Source: an uncultured virus (IMG/VR IMGVR_UViG_3300050030_000093) (lineage: Duplodnaviria; Heunggongvirae; Uroviricota; Caudoviricetes). Taken from it: a stretch of 64,000 nucleotides of DNA. The stretch lies in IMG/VR virus record IMGVR_UViG_3300050030_000093. One strand, given 5' to 3'. Position 1 is the first letter of the stretch. Every line of letters begins with the position of its first letter. Shown one piece after another: positions 53,174 through 62,603 of the stretch. The notes under the pieces were generated by a model. The model did no database searches. It saw only the letters and a program-made list of their open reading frames with translations, and was not told the origin of the DNA. The position numbers and the translations under genes are program-made.

Positions 53174-53897
53174 TTATGATTTCTCTTGTTGTTTTAATAA
53201 ATCAGAAATTCCATTCCAAAATTTAACATCTGCTTCACTACCAAGTGTGGGTAATATAACATAGTCAATCATCCTAATTGCCGAATATCTTGTTATCCAA
53301 TTCGTATTACTTAAAGATTTTACAATTTTTTCTTGTACTTCCTCAAATGTAGGTATTGGAAATTTTATTATTTTTTCATCCAATGGTGCTTCACCCGATG
53401 TATTATCTTCACATCCTTTAGGGGATTCCAAAATAAATTCAGTATATCCCAAGTCTTTTGCTTCTTTGAGATAAAGTTTTGCTGTTTGGATATTTGTTAT
53501 GGCAATTGATAACAATCGTTTGGAGTTATCGTTGTCGGTCTGTTCTTTTGCTGCTCCAAGAATACTCATTTGTTTGTCGAGAGCATTTATTGATGTTTGA
53601 ATAGATTCTTTCATTGTTTTATTGTATTTTTACGAGTTCATTTACTGACCTTTGAATTTGTGCAATATGAAGGTCAATCACACGAGGTTTATTGTCTTCG
53701 TCAATGAATTTTATTTCGGCATCTTTTCCAACTTGATACTCATTTAACGTGAAATTCACAACCTCTGTTTTAAATGCCAGATGTTTATCGAGATATTCTT
53801 GCAATGTTGTTTGTGAAATCCACATAAATTCTGTTTCACATAAATTTTCAACAACTAATTTAATTAGTTTTCCTTTAAAAGATTTTTTGCTTTTCAT
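53174..53897 (-). other. Hypothetical CDS: 53174-53614, 53619-53897
   Basis: Adjacent ORFs. Confidence 0.7.
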
Positions 53898-53935
53898 GAT
53901 TTATAAATTTTGTTGTAAATATCGCACTAAATTCC

Positions 53936-54613
53936 TTAATATGCAAGAGATTTTCTTTTTTCTCTTCTCTTGGTTCTACCATTGCCTTTGTTCAGTGCAC
54001 CAAATGTTGGAGTCAATGAATGATGATTGGGACACAACAATTCCAAATTATTTAAGTTATGATTCTCAGAATTACCGTCCTTATGCTCCAGTTGAATTGG
54101 CACTAAACCCGTAGTCGGATTTACTTCATTCCAGCCACACTTCATACACTTGTTACCGTGCTTATGTATGAGGTACTTTTTATACATGGTAGCGGGAAAT
54201 AACACATTCCCATTTTCAATTTTCTTAAAATTTTCTTGTTGAAAATATTCGCCACTACATTTGGGGGAACAAAATTTTGTTTGACGTGAATTTAATGGCT
54301 GACCGCAATGTAAACAATTTTTCAGTTTGTTTATGTTGGCTCGTTTGGGGTATTTTCTATTGTTATATTCTGCACCGCATGACTGTGAACAAAATCTTCT
54401 GTTTTTACTTATTAACGATGTGAATACATTACTGCAGTTAAGACACGCTTTGGTTTCTTTGGTCTCAGCATAATTTTGGTGATACCCAAGTTTATTTAAT
54501 TTTATCTGAACACACCTAAAATTTCTACCTAATACATTGGCAATTTCTTGAAATCCCTTTCCTTCCTTATGAAGTGCAATTGCTTTTTCAACGTCCTCTT
54601 TATTCCATTTCAT
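53936..54613 (-). CDS. HNH endonuclease
   Basis: C..CGW..QLEHKDGN..N....NLELLCPNHH. Confidence 0.9.
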   Translation of the reverse strand: MKWNKEDVEKAIALHKEGKGFQEIANVLGRNFRCVQIKLNKLGYHQNYAETKETKACLNCSNVFTSLISKNRRFCSQSCGAEYNNRKYPKRANINKLKNCLHCGQPLNSRQTKFCSPKCSGEYFQQENFKKIENGNVLFPATMYKKYLIHKHGNKCMKCGWNEVNPTTGLVPIQLEHKDGNSENHNLNNLELLCPNHHSLTPTFGALNKGNGRTKRREKRKSLAY

Positions 54614-54671
54614 AATATTTACTTTAATATAAATACTATGAAATGCGAAAAAAGATTTTCGAACTTAGTAG

Positions 54672-54742
54672 AGCAGGTGAAGGGAATCGAACCCTCGTCC
54701 TCGGCTCGGCAAGCCAATGCACTACCCCTATGCTACACCTGC
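54672..54742 (-). tRNA. tRNA-Gly(GCC)
   Basis: Cloverleaf; loop TTGCCGA. Confidence 0.9.
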
Positions 54743-54752
54743 GATGTTATTG

Positions 54753-54826
54753 CACACCGAATGGGATTCGAACCACATATCGTACCCCTGAGACGGGGCA
54801 ATTCTTTCCAGTTAAACTACCGGTGC
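54753..54826 (-). tRNA. atypical or degenerate tRNA, probably Glu(CTC)
   Basis: Cloverleaf, but anticodon loop is 6 or 8 nt (GTCTCA) and T-stem is bulged. Confidence 0.55.
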
Positions 54827-54857
54827 ATGTTGCAGGGTCTTCCCCTGCAATTTTTCT

Positions 54858-55106
54858 TTAAGGCATAAGCCTAAAAGTACTCAACTTATTTTTAAGTCCA
54901 ACGTCTGCAGTCCAGTACCTGTAACCATCAGCCTTTTCATAGGCATCAAATTTTGTCATACCGCTAACGTAAAACTTTTGGATTTCACCATCCGTAGACG
55001 TGATTTCCACAAGCCAAAGTCTCATAATTTTCGGATGCTTTCTGTAGAATGCATCGTCTTTCACGAGTTCTGGCTGTTCCTGCTTTTTTGTTTGTCTAAA
55101 TAACAT
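54858..55106 (-). CDS. hypothetical protein
   Basis: 82-aa ORF. Confidence 0.55.
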   Translation of the reverse strand: MLFRQTKKQEQPELVKDDAFYRKHPKIMRLWLVEITSTDGEIQKFYVSGMTKFDAYEKADGYRYWTADVGLKNKLSTFRLMP

Positions 55107-55170
55107 ACCAATCGCATAATCAATAGCAGGATTGATTTACGATGTGTTGAGATACTTCATAATTATCATT

Positions 55171-55845
55171 TTAAATTATTTTATCCAATATATTTGTTTT
55201 ATGATATAAATTTATCCACCTTCTAATTGCAGTGTCACTAACATTATATTTTTTACCGATTGCACGATATGACATTGTTTTTAACATTCCGTTTAGTTCA
55301 TCCAATGATGGTCGCTCTTTAACTTTTCTTTGACTTAATCTTGGTGGACTTATTCTTATCTTTTTTACTTTAATTGGTTTCGGTGATAATGCGGATGCTC
55401 CTTTACAATGTGTTTCCAGTGTTGCATTACAATTTGGACATAAGAACCTCAAATTTTCCAGATGATTATCATTGTTAACACCATTTATATGGTCAAGAAT
55501 TAATGAAATTTTTTTACCATGCCAATTTTCATCTTGACCACAAAACTTACATTTATATTCAATTAAATTTTCAGCAATTATTCTGTCTTTTATCGTTTTT
55601 CTTCCAACATCATTTATACTAAAAATTTCTTCATTGCTTTTTCTCGAATAAATTCCTTGATTTGCTATCATTAACTCACTTCTGTTTAAAAAATGTGAAG
55701 TATCAATCTTCCATTCATTTAAACGTCTATGTAGTGTCTTATATGATGCACCTGATTCATTTCTTTCAAATTTATGTAAAACATCCCTATACGTATTACA
55801 TTCCGCTACAATTTGACGTAATTCATTTTCGTTATATTCAATCAT
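55171..55845 (-). CDS. HNH endonuclease with C-terminal HTH
   Basis: CKFCG..LDHINGVNNDN.LENLRFLCPNC; SYRAIGKKYNVSDTAIRRW. Confidence 0.9.
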   Translation of the reverse strand: MIEYNENELRQIVAECNTYRDVLHKFERNESGASYKTLHRRLNEWKIDTSHFLNRSELMIANQGIYSRKSNEEIFSINDVGRKTIKDRIIAENLIEYKCKFCGQDENWHGKKISLILDHINGVNNDNHLENLRFLCPNCNATLETHCKGASALSPKPIKVKKIRISPPRLSQRKVKERPSLDELNGMLKTMSYRAIGKKYNVSDTAIRRWINLYHKTNILDKII

Positions 55846-55887
55846 CGTTTCAAACCTTTAATATAAATACGTTTGAGTTTTGTTTTG

Positions 55888-55962
55888 TACACCCGGTGAG
55901 ATTCGAACTCACAACCTTTGGTTTCGTAGACCAATGCACTAATCCAATTATGCTACGGGTGC
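55888..55962 (-). tRNA. tRNA-Arg(ACG)
   Basis: Loop CTACGAA. Confidence 0.92.
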
Positions 55963-56105
55963 ATTTATTGTACCACAATAGTTCCGGTACATAATAAAAT
56001 AAAAAATATGATTTCACCAAAAAGAATCGTCAATCCAAATAGCAATGCTTGCCTTGTCGGACGACACGTAAAATAATCAATCAGTTTTTTCATTTCATTT
56101 TATTT

Positions 56106-56384
56106 TTAACACCAAACTATTTTGTTATTCACTATAAAATAATGTGCATGATATGGGTCTTGACCAGTGAAATTACCAATTGACGGAGAAAATGAAACCG
56201 TACCATCGGGATTTTCAATTAATGTCCAACCGTCTTTCCAATTGGGTTTAAAGTTCATAACTGTTTTTTCACCACAACCACACGCACAAAGATGTACTGC
56301 AACACAATATTTTTTTGTAATAAATACTTTTCCTTCTTCAATTTCAATTGGAATAGTATCAACAAATATAGGTATTAATTCCAT
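56106..56384 (-). CDS. DUF6527-like protein
   Basis: HLCACGCGE..W.L.....VSFSPSIGN....HAHYFI; start MELIP. Confidence 0.65.
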   Translation of the reverse strand: MELIPIFVDTIPIEIEEGKVFITKKYCVAVHLCACGCGEKTVMNFKPNWKDGWTLIENPDGTVSFSPSIGNFTGQDPYHAHYFIVNNKIVWC

Positions 56385-56438
56385 TGTTTTCACATTACTT
56401 TTTATTATACTATAAACCCTAATACTTAAGGTTTTTTG

Positions 56439-56513
56439 TACCCCTGGAGGGACTCGAACCCCCATAAGACCTTGTTTCGAAGACAAGCGCATTATCCGTT
56501 ATGCTACAAAGGC
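56439..56513 (-). tRNA. tRNA-Arg(TCG)
   Basis: Loop CTTCGAA. Confidence 0.9.
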
Positions 56514-56936
56514 ATTATTCTATATTTTATGTGCAGTACGTCACCGTCTTCTGTTAAATACTTAGACATTCCGTCTCTGCGACCTTCACCGTAAACAATT
56601 ATTATACAACAGCCACTTTCATCTATAAATGCATATCCGGTTTGTGAAACAAAAGTCTTTCCATCAGTATATTCAAGTTTATTCTTGAGTTTCTCTATCG
56701 TGAATTTCATTAGTTCGTTTTTTATAACGTGATACAGCTTTTTTCAATGCTTCATTGGGTTCAGAAGGATTTAATAATTCATTAAAGAAAATGTCATAAT
56801 CTTGATTTGTTGGTATGTATATTACTTCGTCACAACACAAGACAAAATCTTTTTCCAATTGCACTGAACTGTCAGGTGCATAAATTACTTTTCCACATTT
56901 AGGACAAATCGCTGTTGCCATATCAATTGTTTTTAG

Positions 56937-57026
56937 TGCACAGAGGTGGGACTCGAACCCACATATCACATTAGTGATACCAGTTTAGGAAACTGGGACG
57001 GTCATCCAATTACGTTTTACTTGTGC
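56937..57026 (-). tRNA. atypical tRNA-Arg(CCT) with long variable arm
   Basis: CCAGT-TTCCTAA-ACTGG; V-arm TATCAC-TAAT-GTGATA; 5' end overlaps HNH stop codon. Confidence 0.7.
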
Positions 57027-57634
57027 TTTTTTCTTCCAAAATATTCGGACCTTCCATTAGTTGCATTTTTATTTCTACTTCCAAAATTTTTTGTTAATGA
57101 ATGACAGTTTGGACATAAAAGTTCAATATTTTCTTCTTTATTATTTAATGAATTTCCATCAACATGATGATGTTGAAGTGGAATTTTATTACTGTGTTCA
57201 TTTTTTTCTCCCCAGCCACACTTTTGACATTTATTATTAAATTTTTCAAAGAAATATTTTTTTATGTGATTTGACATTGAAAATTTCCCGATGATTCCGC
57301 TTTCTTTACCATTTTTCCATCTTTCAATATATTGTCGATATTCATATTCGCAATGACATTTATTGGAGCAAAATTCACTATCTCTTTCAGGATACATGAT
57401 AATTTCAACACAACAATTTTTACATATACCCCTTTTATATTCAATAAATGCTTTCCCCTTATTAAATGTTTCATTGGGATTAATATCACGTCTTCTCGGT
57501 AATGAAATTCCAAATCTTAGTGCTGCTTTTTTTATTGCACCACCAGTAACACCAAATATTTTTCCAATTTCTGAATAACTTTTATTTTCGTAAATTATTA
57601 ACTTTTCAAGTTCTTTTTCATTATAAGTATTCAT
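57017..57634 (-). CDS. HNH endonuclease
   Basis: CQKCGW..HHVDGN..NN...NIELLCPNCH. Confidence 0.9.
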   Translation of the reverse strand: MNTYNEKELEKLIIYENKSYSEIGKIFGVTGGAIKKAALRFGISLPRRRDINPNETFNKGKAFIEYKRGICKNCCVEIIMYPERDSEFCSNKCHCEYEYRQYIERWKNGKESGIIGKFSMSNHIKKYFFEKFNNKCQKCGWGEKNEHSNKIPLQHHHVDGNSLNNKEENIELLCPNCHSLTKNFGSRNKNATNGRSEYFGRKKHK

Positions 57635-57700
57635 GGTATTTTTATCATAAATACTTCATTATTTATAAAAATCGTATAGACATAAAAAATAATGTATTTA

Positions 57701-57725
57701 ATTCTATCCATTAAACTATAAGAGC
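57701..57725 (-). pseudogene. orphan tRNA 5' fragment (acceptor strand and D-arm)
   Basis: GCTCTTA-TA-GTTT-AATGGATA-GAAT, closely like the 5' end of the neighbouring tRNA-Arg(TCT). Confidence 0.6.
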
Positions 57726-57842
57726 ATAAGTGCAGTTGCAATAACTGCTAATATTAACAACACCAAAGCGAATTTCAATTCATCTTTTCGTTGTTGTTTT
57801 GCCATTTCAGAAAAATAAGGAAACATATTTTAATTTTATTTG

Positions 57843-57914
57843 TACCCCCACGGGGAATCGAACCCCAATTTGTTGCTTAGAAGGCATCCGTTCTATCCGT
57901 TGAACTATGGAGGC
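57843..57914 (-). tRNA. tRNA-Arg(TCT)
   Basis: Loop CTTCTAA. Confidence 0.88.
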
Positions 57915-58152
57915 AGGTTTATTTCTTTTTAAATTGGTCAACAATGTTTTCAATTACTGGCTTGTTTTTATCTATACGAAGAAAACTGTACCAAATAAAT
58001 ATCGAACAAAGGAAAACAATTATTGTGACAATTGCAACTTTTATGAAGTACGGAGTTAAATCAACATACTCTTTAAATCTTGATTGTAATTTCTTCAAGA
58101 AACGTTCTTCGTGATTTTCACTGGGCAAACTTTCCATAACTATTTGAATTTG

Positions 58153-58237
58153 AGCCGATAGAGGGATTCGAACCCCCGGTGAGTTATTAGCATCTAGTTT
58201 ACAAAACTAGCCTAATCGACCACTATAGGATATCGGC
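58153..58237 (-). tRNA. tRNA-Thr(TGT) with enlarged variable region
   Basis: GCCGATA/TATCGGC acceptor; CTAGT-TTTGTAA-ACTAG. Confidence 0.8.
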
Positions 58238-58475
58238 ATTATTATATGTATATTATTCTTCCACTTCTCATTAAAGTTATTTTTTTCCAAAAATCGAGAT
58301 ATTCATTTGATGTATTTTCAAATTTATTGGGAATAACAAGTATTTCAAAACCTGCACCCCTTAAATTAATTTCATTTTTAATATCTTCTTCTGAAAGGAT
58401 AATCATGGAATATTCTTTATCCCATTTGTTCCATTCAAATATATGAAATCTTTCCATTATTATATCAAAATTTTG

Positions 58476-58548
58476 AGCCAAAAGCAGGAATCGAACCTGC
58501 AACATTCTGAATACGAATCAGATACTCTACCAATTGAGTTATTTCGGC
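58476..58548 (-). tRNA. tRNA-Thr(CGT)
   Basis: Loop TTCGTAT. Confidence 0.88.
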
Positions 58549-58556
58549 ATTTATTT

Positions 58557-58844
58557 TCATAACCAAATTATTTTATTATTTGTAATAAAATAATGTGCAT
58601 GATACGGGTTTTGACCGGACCAATTACCAATTGATGGAGTAAATGATATTGTACCATCAATATTTTCAATTAAATTCCATCCATCTTTCCAATTAGGTTT
58701 TAAATCCATTACTGTTTCTTCCCCACATCCGCAAGCACATAAGTGAATTGCAATGCCAAATTCTTTTGAAATATAACATTTGCCTTCTTCTAGTGGCTTT
58801 TCAATCTTATCAACATAAACAGGTGTTAAATAATCAATTTTCAT
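58557..58844 (-). CDS. DUF6527-like protein, paralog of 56106-56384
   Basis: Near-identical motifs to 56106-56384. Confidence 0.7.
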   Translation of the reverse strand: MKIDYLTPVYVDKIEKPLEEGKCYISKEFGIAIHLCACGCGEETVMDLKPNWKDGWNLIENIDGTISFTPSIGNWSGQNPYHAHYFITNNKIIWL

Positions 58845-59116
58845 TTTATTAATCGACCTTCAAATCGATTATCTTCAATAGTATTATATTCAGTTTCTCT
58901 TTTCATAACAAATTTAAAATGTTCTTCACATAAATAAGTTGTTGCATTATGTGATTCATCAAACTGTTGATGTTTTAAATACTCGTCATTTCCAATACCT
59001 TCATCTCTACACCAAATATTTTCTTCACCAACTTTATGAGAAGCAAGTTCTCTGCAACCAACTATCATGCATTTTACTCCTTTACATGACATAGGTAAAA
59101 ATGGTTTTTTTTTCAT
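58841..59116 (-). CDS. hypothetical protein, paralog of 51468-51728
   Basis: CKGVKCM.VGC..LASHK.GEENIW..SHN.TTYLC..RETEYNTI in both. Confidence 0.75.
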   Translation of the reverse strand: MKKKPFLPMSCKGVKCMIVGCRELASHKVGEENIWCRDEGIGNDEYLKHQQFDESHNATTYLCEEHFKFVMKRETEYNTIEDNRFEGRLIK

Positions 59117-59215
59117 AGTTATTGATATTTAATATGTTATCATCACTTTTGAATGGTAGCATTGTTCGTGCTATTGTGCAAAATCAATGCTATCGTTCAT
59201 ATTACCAATTTGTTG

Positions 59216-59288
59216 CGCCCCAGGTAAGGATTGAACTTACGACCTTTGGTTTAACAGACCACCGCTACTACCACTGAGCTACTGAGGC
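59216..59288 (-). tRNA. tRNA-Asn(GTT)
   Basis: Loop CTGTTAA. Confidence 0.88.
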
Positions 59289-59289
59289 A

Positions 59290-59622
59290 TTAAATTATAT
59301 TTCCTTCAATTTCTTTATGACAATTTGAACATACTAATATACATTTATCTAATTCTTCTTTTACTTTTTCCCAACTTCTTGTATAACCTTTTGCACCAAT
59401 ACCAAATTCTTTATCCCCATTAGTATGGTGAAATTCAAGTGCTCCAACATATTTATTATATCCACACTTTACACATTTTCCACCTTTGTATGCAACTGCT
59501 TTTTCTTTTAATACATGTCTTCTTTTTTGAACAGCATCAACAGCACATTTTTTACATCTTGAACGTCCATCAATACGAATGACATATTCTGTCAAACCAT
59601 GTTTCTTACAAATTTTTTCCAT
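59290..59622 (-). CDS. HNH endonuclease
   Basis: YKGGKCVKCGY..LEFHH..ELDKCILVCSNCH. Confidence 0.88.
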   Translation of the reverse strand: MEKICKKHGLTEYVIRIDGRSRCKKCAVDAVQKRRHVLKEKAVAYKGGKCVKCGYNKYVGALEFHHTNGDKEFGIGAKGYTRSWEKVKEELDKCILVCSNCHKEIEGNII

Positions 59623-59776
59623 ATATTTATTTTTAACATAAATACATGGATTAACAAAATCGGTTAATCACTCAAAGAACTTTTAAAAAGTTTGAAACAC
59701 AGCCGATTTTCTTCTGAATTTCGGTTTAACTACTCCTTTATAACAGTTTCGTACTATGAGCACTGTGTTTCATACG

Positions 59777-59850
59777 TAGCGAAGGTGGGACTTGAACCCA
59801 CAACCTTGACTTTATAAGAGTCCTGCTCTAACCATTGAGACTACATCGCT
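59777..59850 (-). tRNA. tRNA-Ile(TAT), slightly irregular
   Basis: Anticodon loop CTTATAA(A); imperfect anticodon stem. Confidence 0.75.
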
Positions 59851-60115
59851 ATATTACCATTCAATTGTTGCATTACTTACACTTTTTATATCAATTTCGT
59901 ATTCACCTTTAACGTGTCTGAGATTCATTAATGCTGCCCGAACTTCAATAAAAGTTGCATCTTTCGGACAATGAACTAACATCATTCCACTATTATGGTC
60001 TGCTGTTCCCTGACAGTAAGTTGTGTAATCATACTCCAATAAAACATATTTCATTTTCATAATAAAAATTTTCAATAAATATATGAAAAATTTTGCTTTT
60101 GCAAGTATTATTTTG

Positions 60116-60187
60116 TGCGAAATGTCGGATTCGAACCGCTTCCTCTGTTTGGTGGACAGACGCTTTACCAATTAAGCTACACTTCGC
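60116..60187 (-). tRNA. non-canonical tRNA with 8-bp acceptor stem and ACC (Gly) anticodon
   Basis: GCGAAGTG/CATTTCGC; TCTGT-CCACCAA-ACAGA; short T-stem. Confidence 0.65.
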
Positions 60188-60321
60188 ATGGACGGGGCAC
60201 TGCGATAAAACAGTGTATCTTCCCCGATTTAAAAAAGTGTCCCATGTGCATCAAAGGGATTCCGGAGAACAGTCAGGATAGATTAACTGACCTTGCACAC
60301 CCACAGCAGGATGGGACTTTG

Positions 60322-60394
60322 AGCAGAAAACGGGACTCGAACCCGCAACTTTCAGCTTGGAAGGCTGACGCTCTACCAATTGAGTTACTTCTGC
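60322..60394 (-). tRNA. tRNA-Gly(TCC)
   Basis: Loop CTTCCAA. Confidence 0.92.
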
Positions 60395-60482
60395 GTTTTT
60401 GCCAGATTTTTACATGCTCTCACATGGGGTCATTTTCAATCTGGCGACCCATAGGGTGAACACCCTGTTTAGAATGTAGTTG

Positions 60483-60555
60483 TGGAGATTACTGGACTCG
60501 AACCCGTTTCTCATGCTCTTCAGGCACACGCATAGACCATCTCTGCTAAATCTCC
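60483..60555 (-). tRNA. tRNA-Phe(GAA)
   Basis: Loop CTGAAGA. Confidence 0.82.
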
Positions 60556-60658
60556 ATATTTACAGGATTCCTTGTGAGGAAGTTACCCGAATTGCGCCAC
60601 CTGCAACCCGACCTATAAAATTTTGTACTTCCACTTTGTATAGTACGAACTTTTTGCG

Positions 60659-60730
60659 TGGAATGGGAGGGATTTGAACCCCCGACTTTCTGCTCTTCAG
60701 ACAGACACTCTACCACTGAGTTACCAATCC
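60659..60730 (-). tRNA. tRNA-Phe(GAA), second copy
   Basis: Loop CTGAAGA. Confidence 0.85.
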
Positions 60731-60962
60731 GTTTAGTTCTGGTGTAAGCCTTATACTTACGTTTCCCGACAGCATTGCAACTATCTTTAATATGTCTCGG
60801 AGTCTATAATGTACTATTCACATTGCCAAATGCGAGTACAGAACTTCCTACTGAACATTAGGGCAGCTTCTTATGCAACCCAGAACTTTTACACCTAAAT
60901 GACTCCATGAAAATCATTTTGATGCATGAATTAACTGATTTATTCCATTTCAATTAATTTTG

Positions 60963-61049
60963 CGGAGAATGTAGGATTCGAACCTACGGAGCAGGTTTCC
61001 CCGCCCACAGTTTAGCAGACTGTTACAATAACCACTCTGTCAATTCTCC
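60963..61049 (-). tRNA. tRNA-Ser(GCT), second copy
   Basis: Loop CTGCTAA; long V-arm. Confidence 0.9.
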
Positions 61050-61119
61050 AAATATACCCTTTTAACCCTTAGATAATTATAAGCCAAATGTTGATGGGTA
61101 CTTAACACCAAATGCTTTG

Positions 61120-61203
61120 CGGAGAAAGAGGGATTCGAACCCCCGAAGGTTGCCCTTGTCAGTTTTCAGGACTGATGGTTTATAGCCACTCACCCATTTC
61201 TCC
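61120..61203 (-). tRNA. tRNA-Ser(TGA)
   Basis: Loop CCTGAAA (C33); long V-arm. Confidence 0.85.
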
Positions 61204-61266
61204 ATTTGAATTTCTATGATATCCCACCAAAAAAGGGTGCTATGAAATTCTAACTGTCTGTCTGTG

Positions 61267-61340
61267 TTGTCTCGAAGGGACTTGGACCCCCGACCCCTTC
61301 CTTATCAGAGAAGTGCTCTTACCAACTGAGCTACGAGACA
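61267..61340 (-). tRNA. tRNA-Ile(GAT)
   Basis: Loop CTGATAA. Confidence 0.85.
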
Positions 61341-61468
61341 GTGTTAATGTATGTTTTATCATGCATTAACCCCCTTTTTTGGACTTAATGATGGTTATTT
61401 CATACATTATAACGTTAAATACATTTTACATTTTGGTGGGTTTTTGTAAAGCATATTTTACATTATTG

Positions 61469-61544
61469 CGTTTCGGGTAAGAGTCGAACTTACATCTCGC
61501 TGTTTAACGGACAGCCGTTTTAACCATTATTGCACTACCGAAAC
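61469..61544 (-). tRNA. tRNA-Asn(GTT), atypical, overlapping 3' end of endonuclease gene
   Basis: GCTGT-CCGTTAA-ACAGC; weak D-stem. Confidence 0.7.
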
Positions 61545-62321
61545 ATATTTTTCATTCCACTTTTTAATTTTCAATAGAAGTTTGTCTAATGTAATTAAAC
61601 TTTGACATTTCTTTTTATTATTATCAATATGTTGAACTAATTTACAATTTGCAGGATGTTTTAATATATTGAAATCAACATTATTTTTAAATCCATCATA
61701 TACTGAATAGATGTGGTCTTTACTAACACCATTTAAATTATTACCTTTATTACTTGGACTATACCATCCCAATTTTTTTACAAGAGATAAATTAAATTCA
61801 TCGGGATAATCATTAACGTTAATATTAAACTCACATAGTGGGCGATAAAACTTATAATACATAAAACCACAATCGCTACAGATTATTTTATGTTTTAAGA
61901 TTGGTTTATCATTACCACAAAATCTACATTTTCTAATTGAAATTAATGGTCTGTTTTCTCTTAATTTTTTATTTCTCACAATTTTATTTTCTTTCATTTT
62001 AGTGGGAAATTTACTTTTAATTGTATGTCTAATTTTATTTTTTGTTTCTTCACTATGTTTTCTTCTTTTATTATTATATTGTGCTGAACAACTTTGATTA
62101 CAAAACTTTTTTTCATTACTTAATGTTTTATTAATGGATTTACCACAATTTTTACATAAAATAATTTCATGGTGTTGTTTTAAAACTTTAAGTCCCAATC
62201 TAAATGCTCTATTGGTAAGTGTTCTATATGATACATTAAATTCTTTAGCTATTTCATTATAGTCTTTATTTAAGTTTATTAAACTTTTTAATTTATTATC
62301 TAATTCATTATTCCATTTCAT
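61527..62321 (-). CDS. putative homing endonuclease (NUMOD3 plus HNH-like)
   Basis: KHSEETKNKI; SKDHIYSV..G......HPANC.L..H.DN..K. Confidence 0.7.
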   Translation of the reverse strand: MKWNNELDNKLKSLINLNKDYNEIAKEFNVSYRTLTNRAFRLGLKVLKQHHEIILCKNCGKSINKTLSNEKKFCNQSCSAQYNNKRRKHSEETKNKIRHTIKSKFPTKMKENKIVRNKKLRENRPLISIRKCRFCGNDKPILKHKIICSDCGFMYYKFYRPLCEFNINVNDYPDEFNLSLVKKLGWYSPSNKGNNLNGVSKDHIYSVYDGFKNNVDFNILKHPANCKLVQHIDNNKKKCQSLITLDKLLLKIKKWNEKYVSVVQ

Positions 62322-62379
62322 TTTTTTATTTTTATATAAATACTTTAAAAACGAGTAAAAAATAGGACTTGAACCTTCG

Positions 62380-62450
62380 AGCCACCCAAGCGAATCGAAC
62401 GCTTCTAATCTGTTTTGCAGACAGATACCTGACCAATCGGACAGGGTGGC
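62380..62450 (-). tRNA. tRNA-Cys(GCA)
   Basis: Loop CTGCAAA; U73. Confidence 0.88.
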
Positions 62451-62548
62451 AAAATTTCCAACATGTCAAAGACCTTCTTACGGAGTTATATAAGGTGCAA
62501 ACCTTATATGTTGTGATTATAAGCCGTAAGACTTATATTTTAAAGAAT

Positions 62549-62580
62549 AAAAAAACCCGAATCTTGCGAATCGGGTTCTT
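62549..62580 (-). terminator. intrinsic terminator (attenuator) upstream of tRNA array
   Basis: AACCCGATTC-GCAA-GATTCGGGTT plus U-tract. Confidence 0.85.
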
Positions 62581-62603
62581 GGTTTATTAAAAACTTTTCA
62601 GTT

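Noticed and set aside
54548..62590. Plus-strand ORFs over tRNA genes (e.g. 54548-54868, 60115-60459, 62369-62590) and N-terminal extensions running through tRNAs
   Set aside because: Antisense or overlap artefacts of tRNA sequence.
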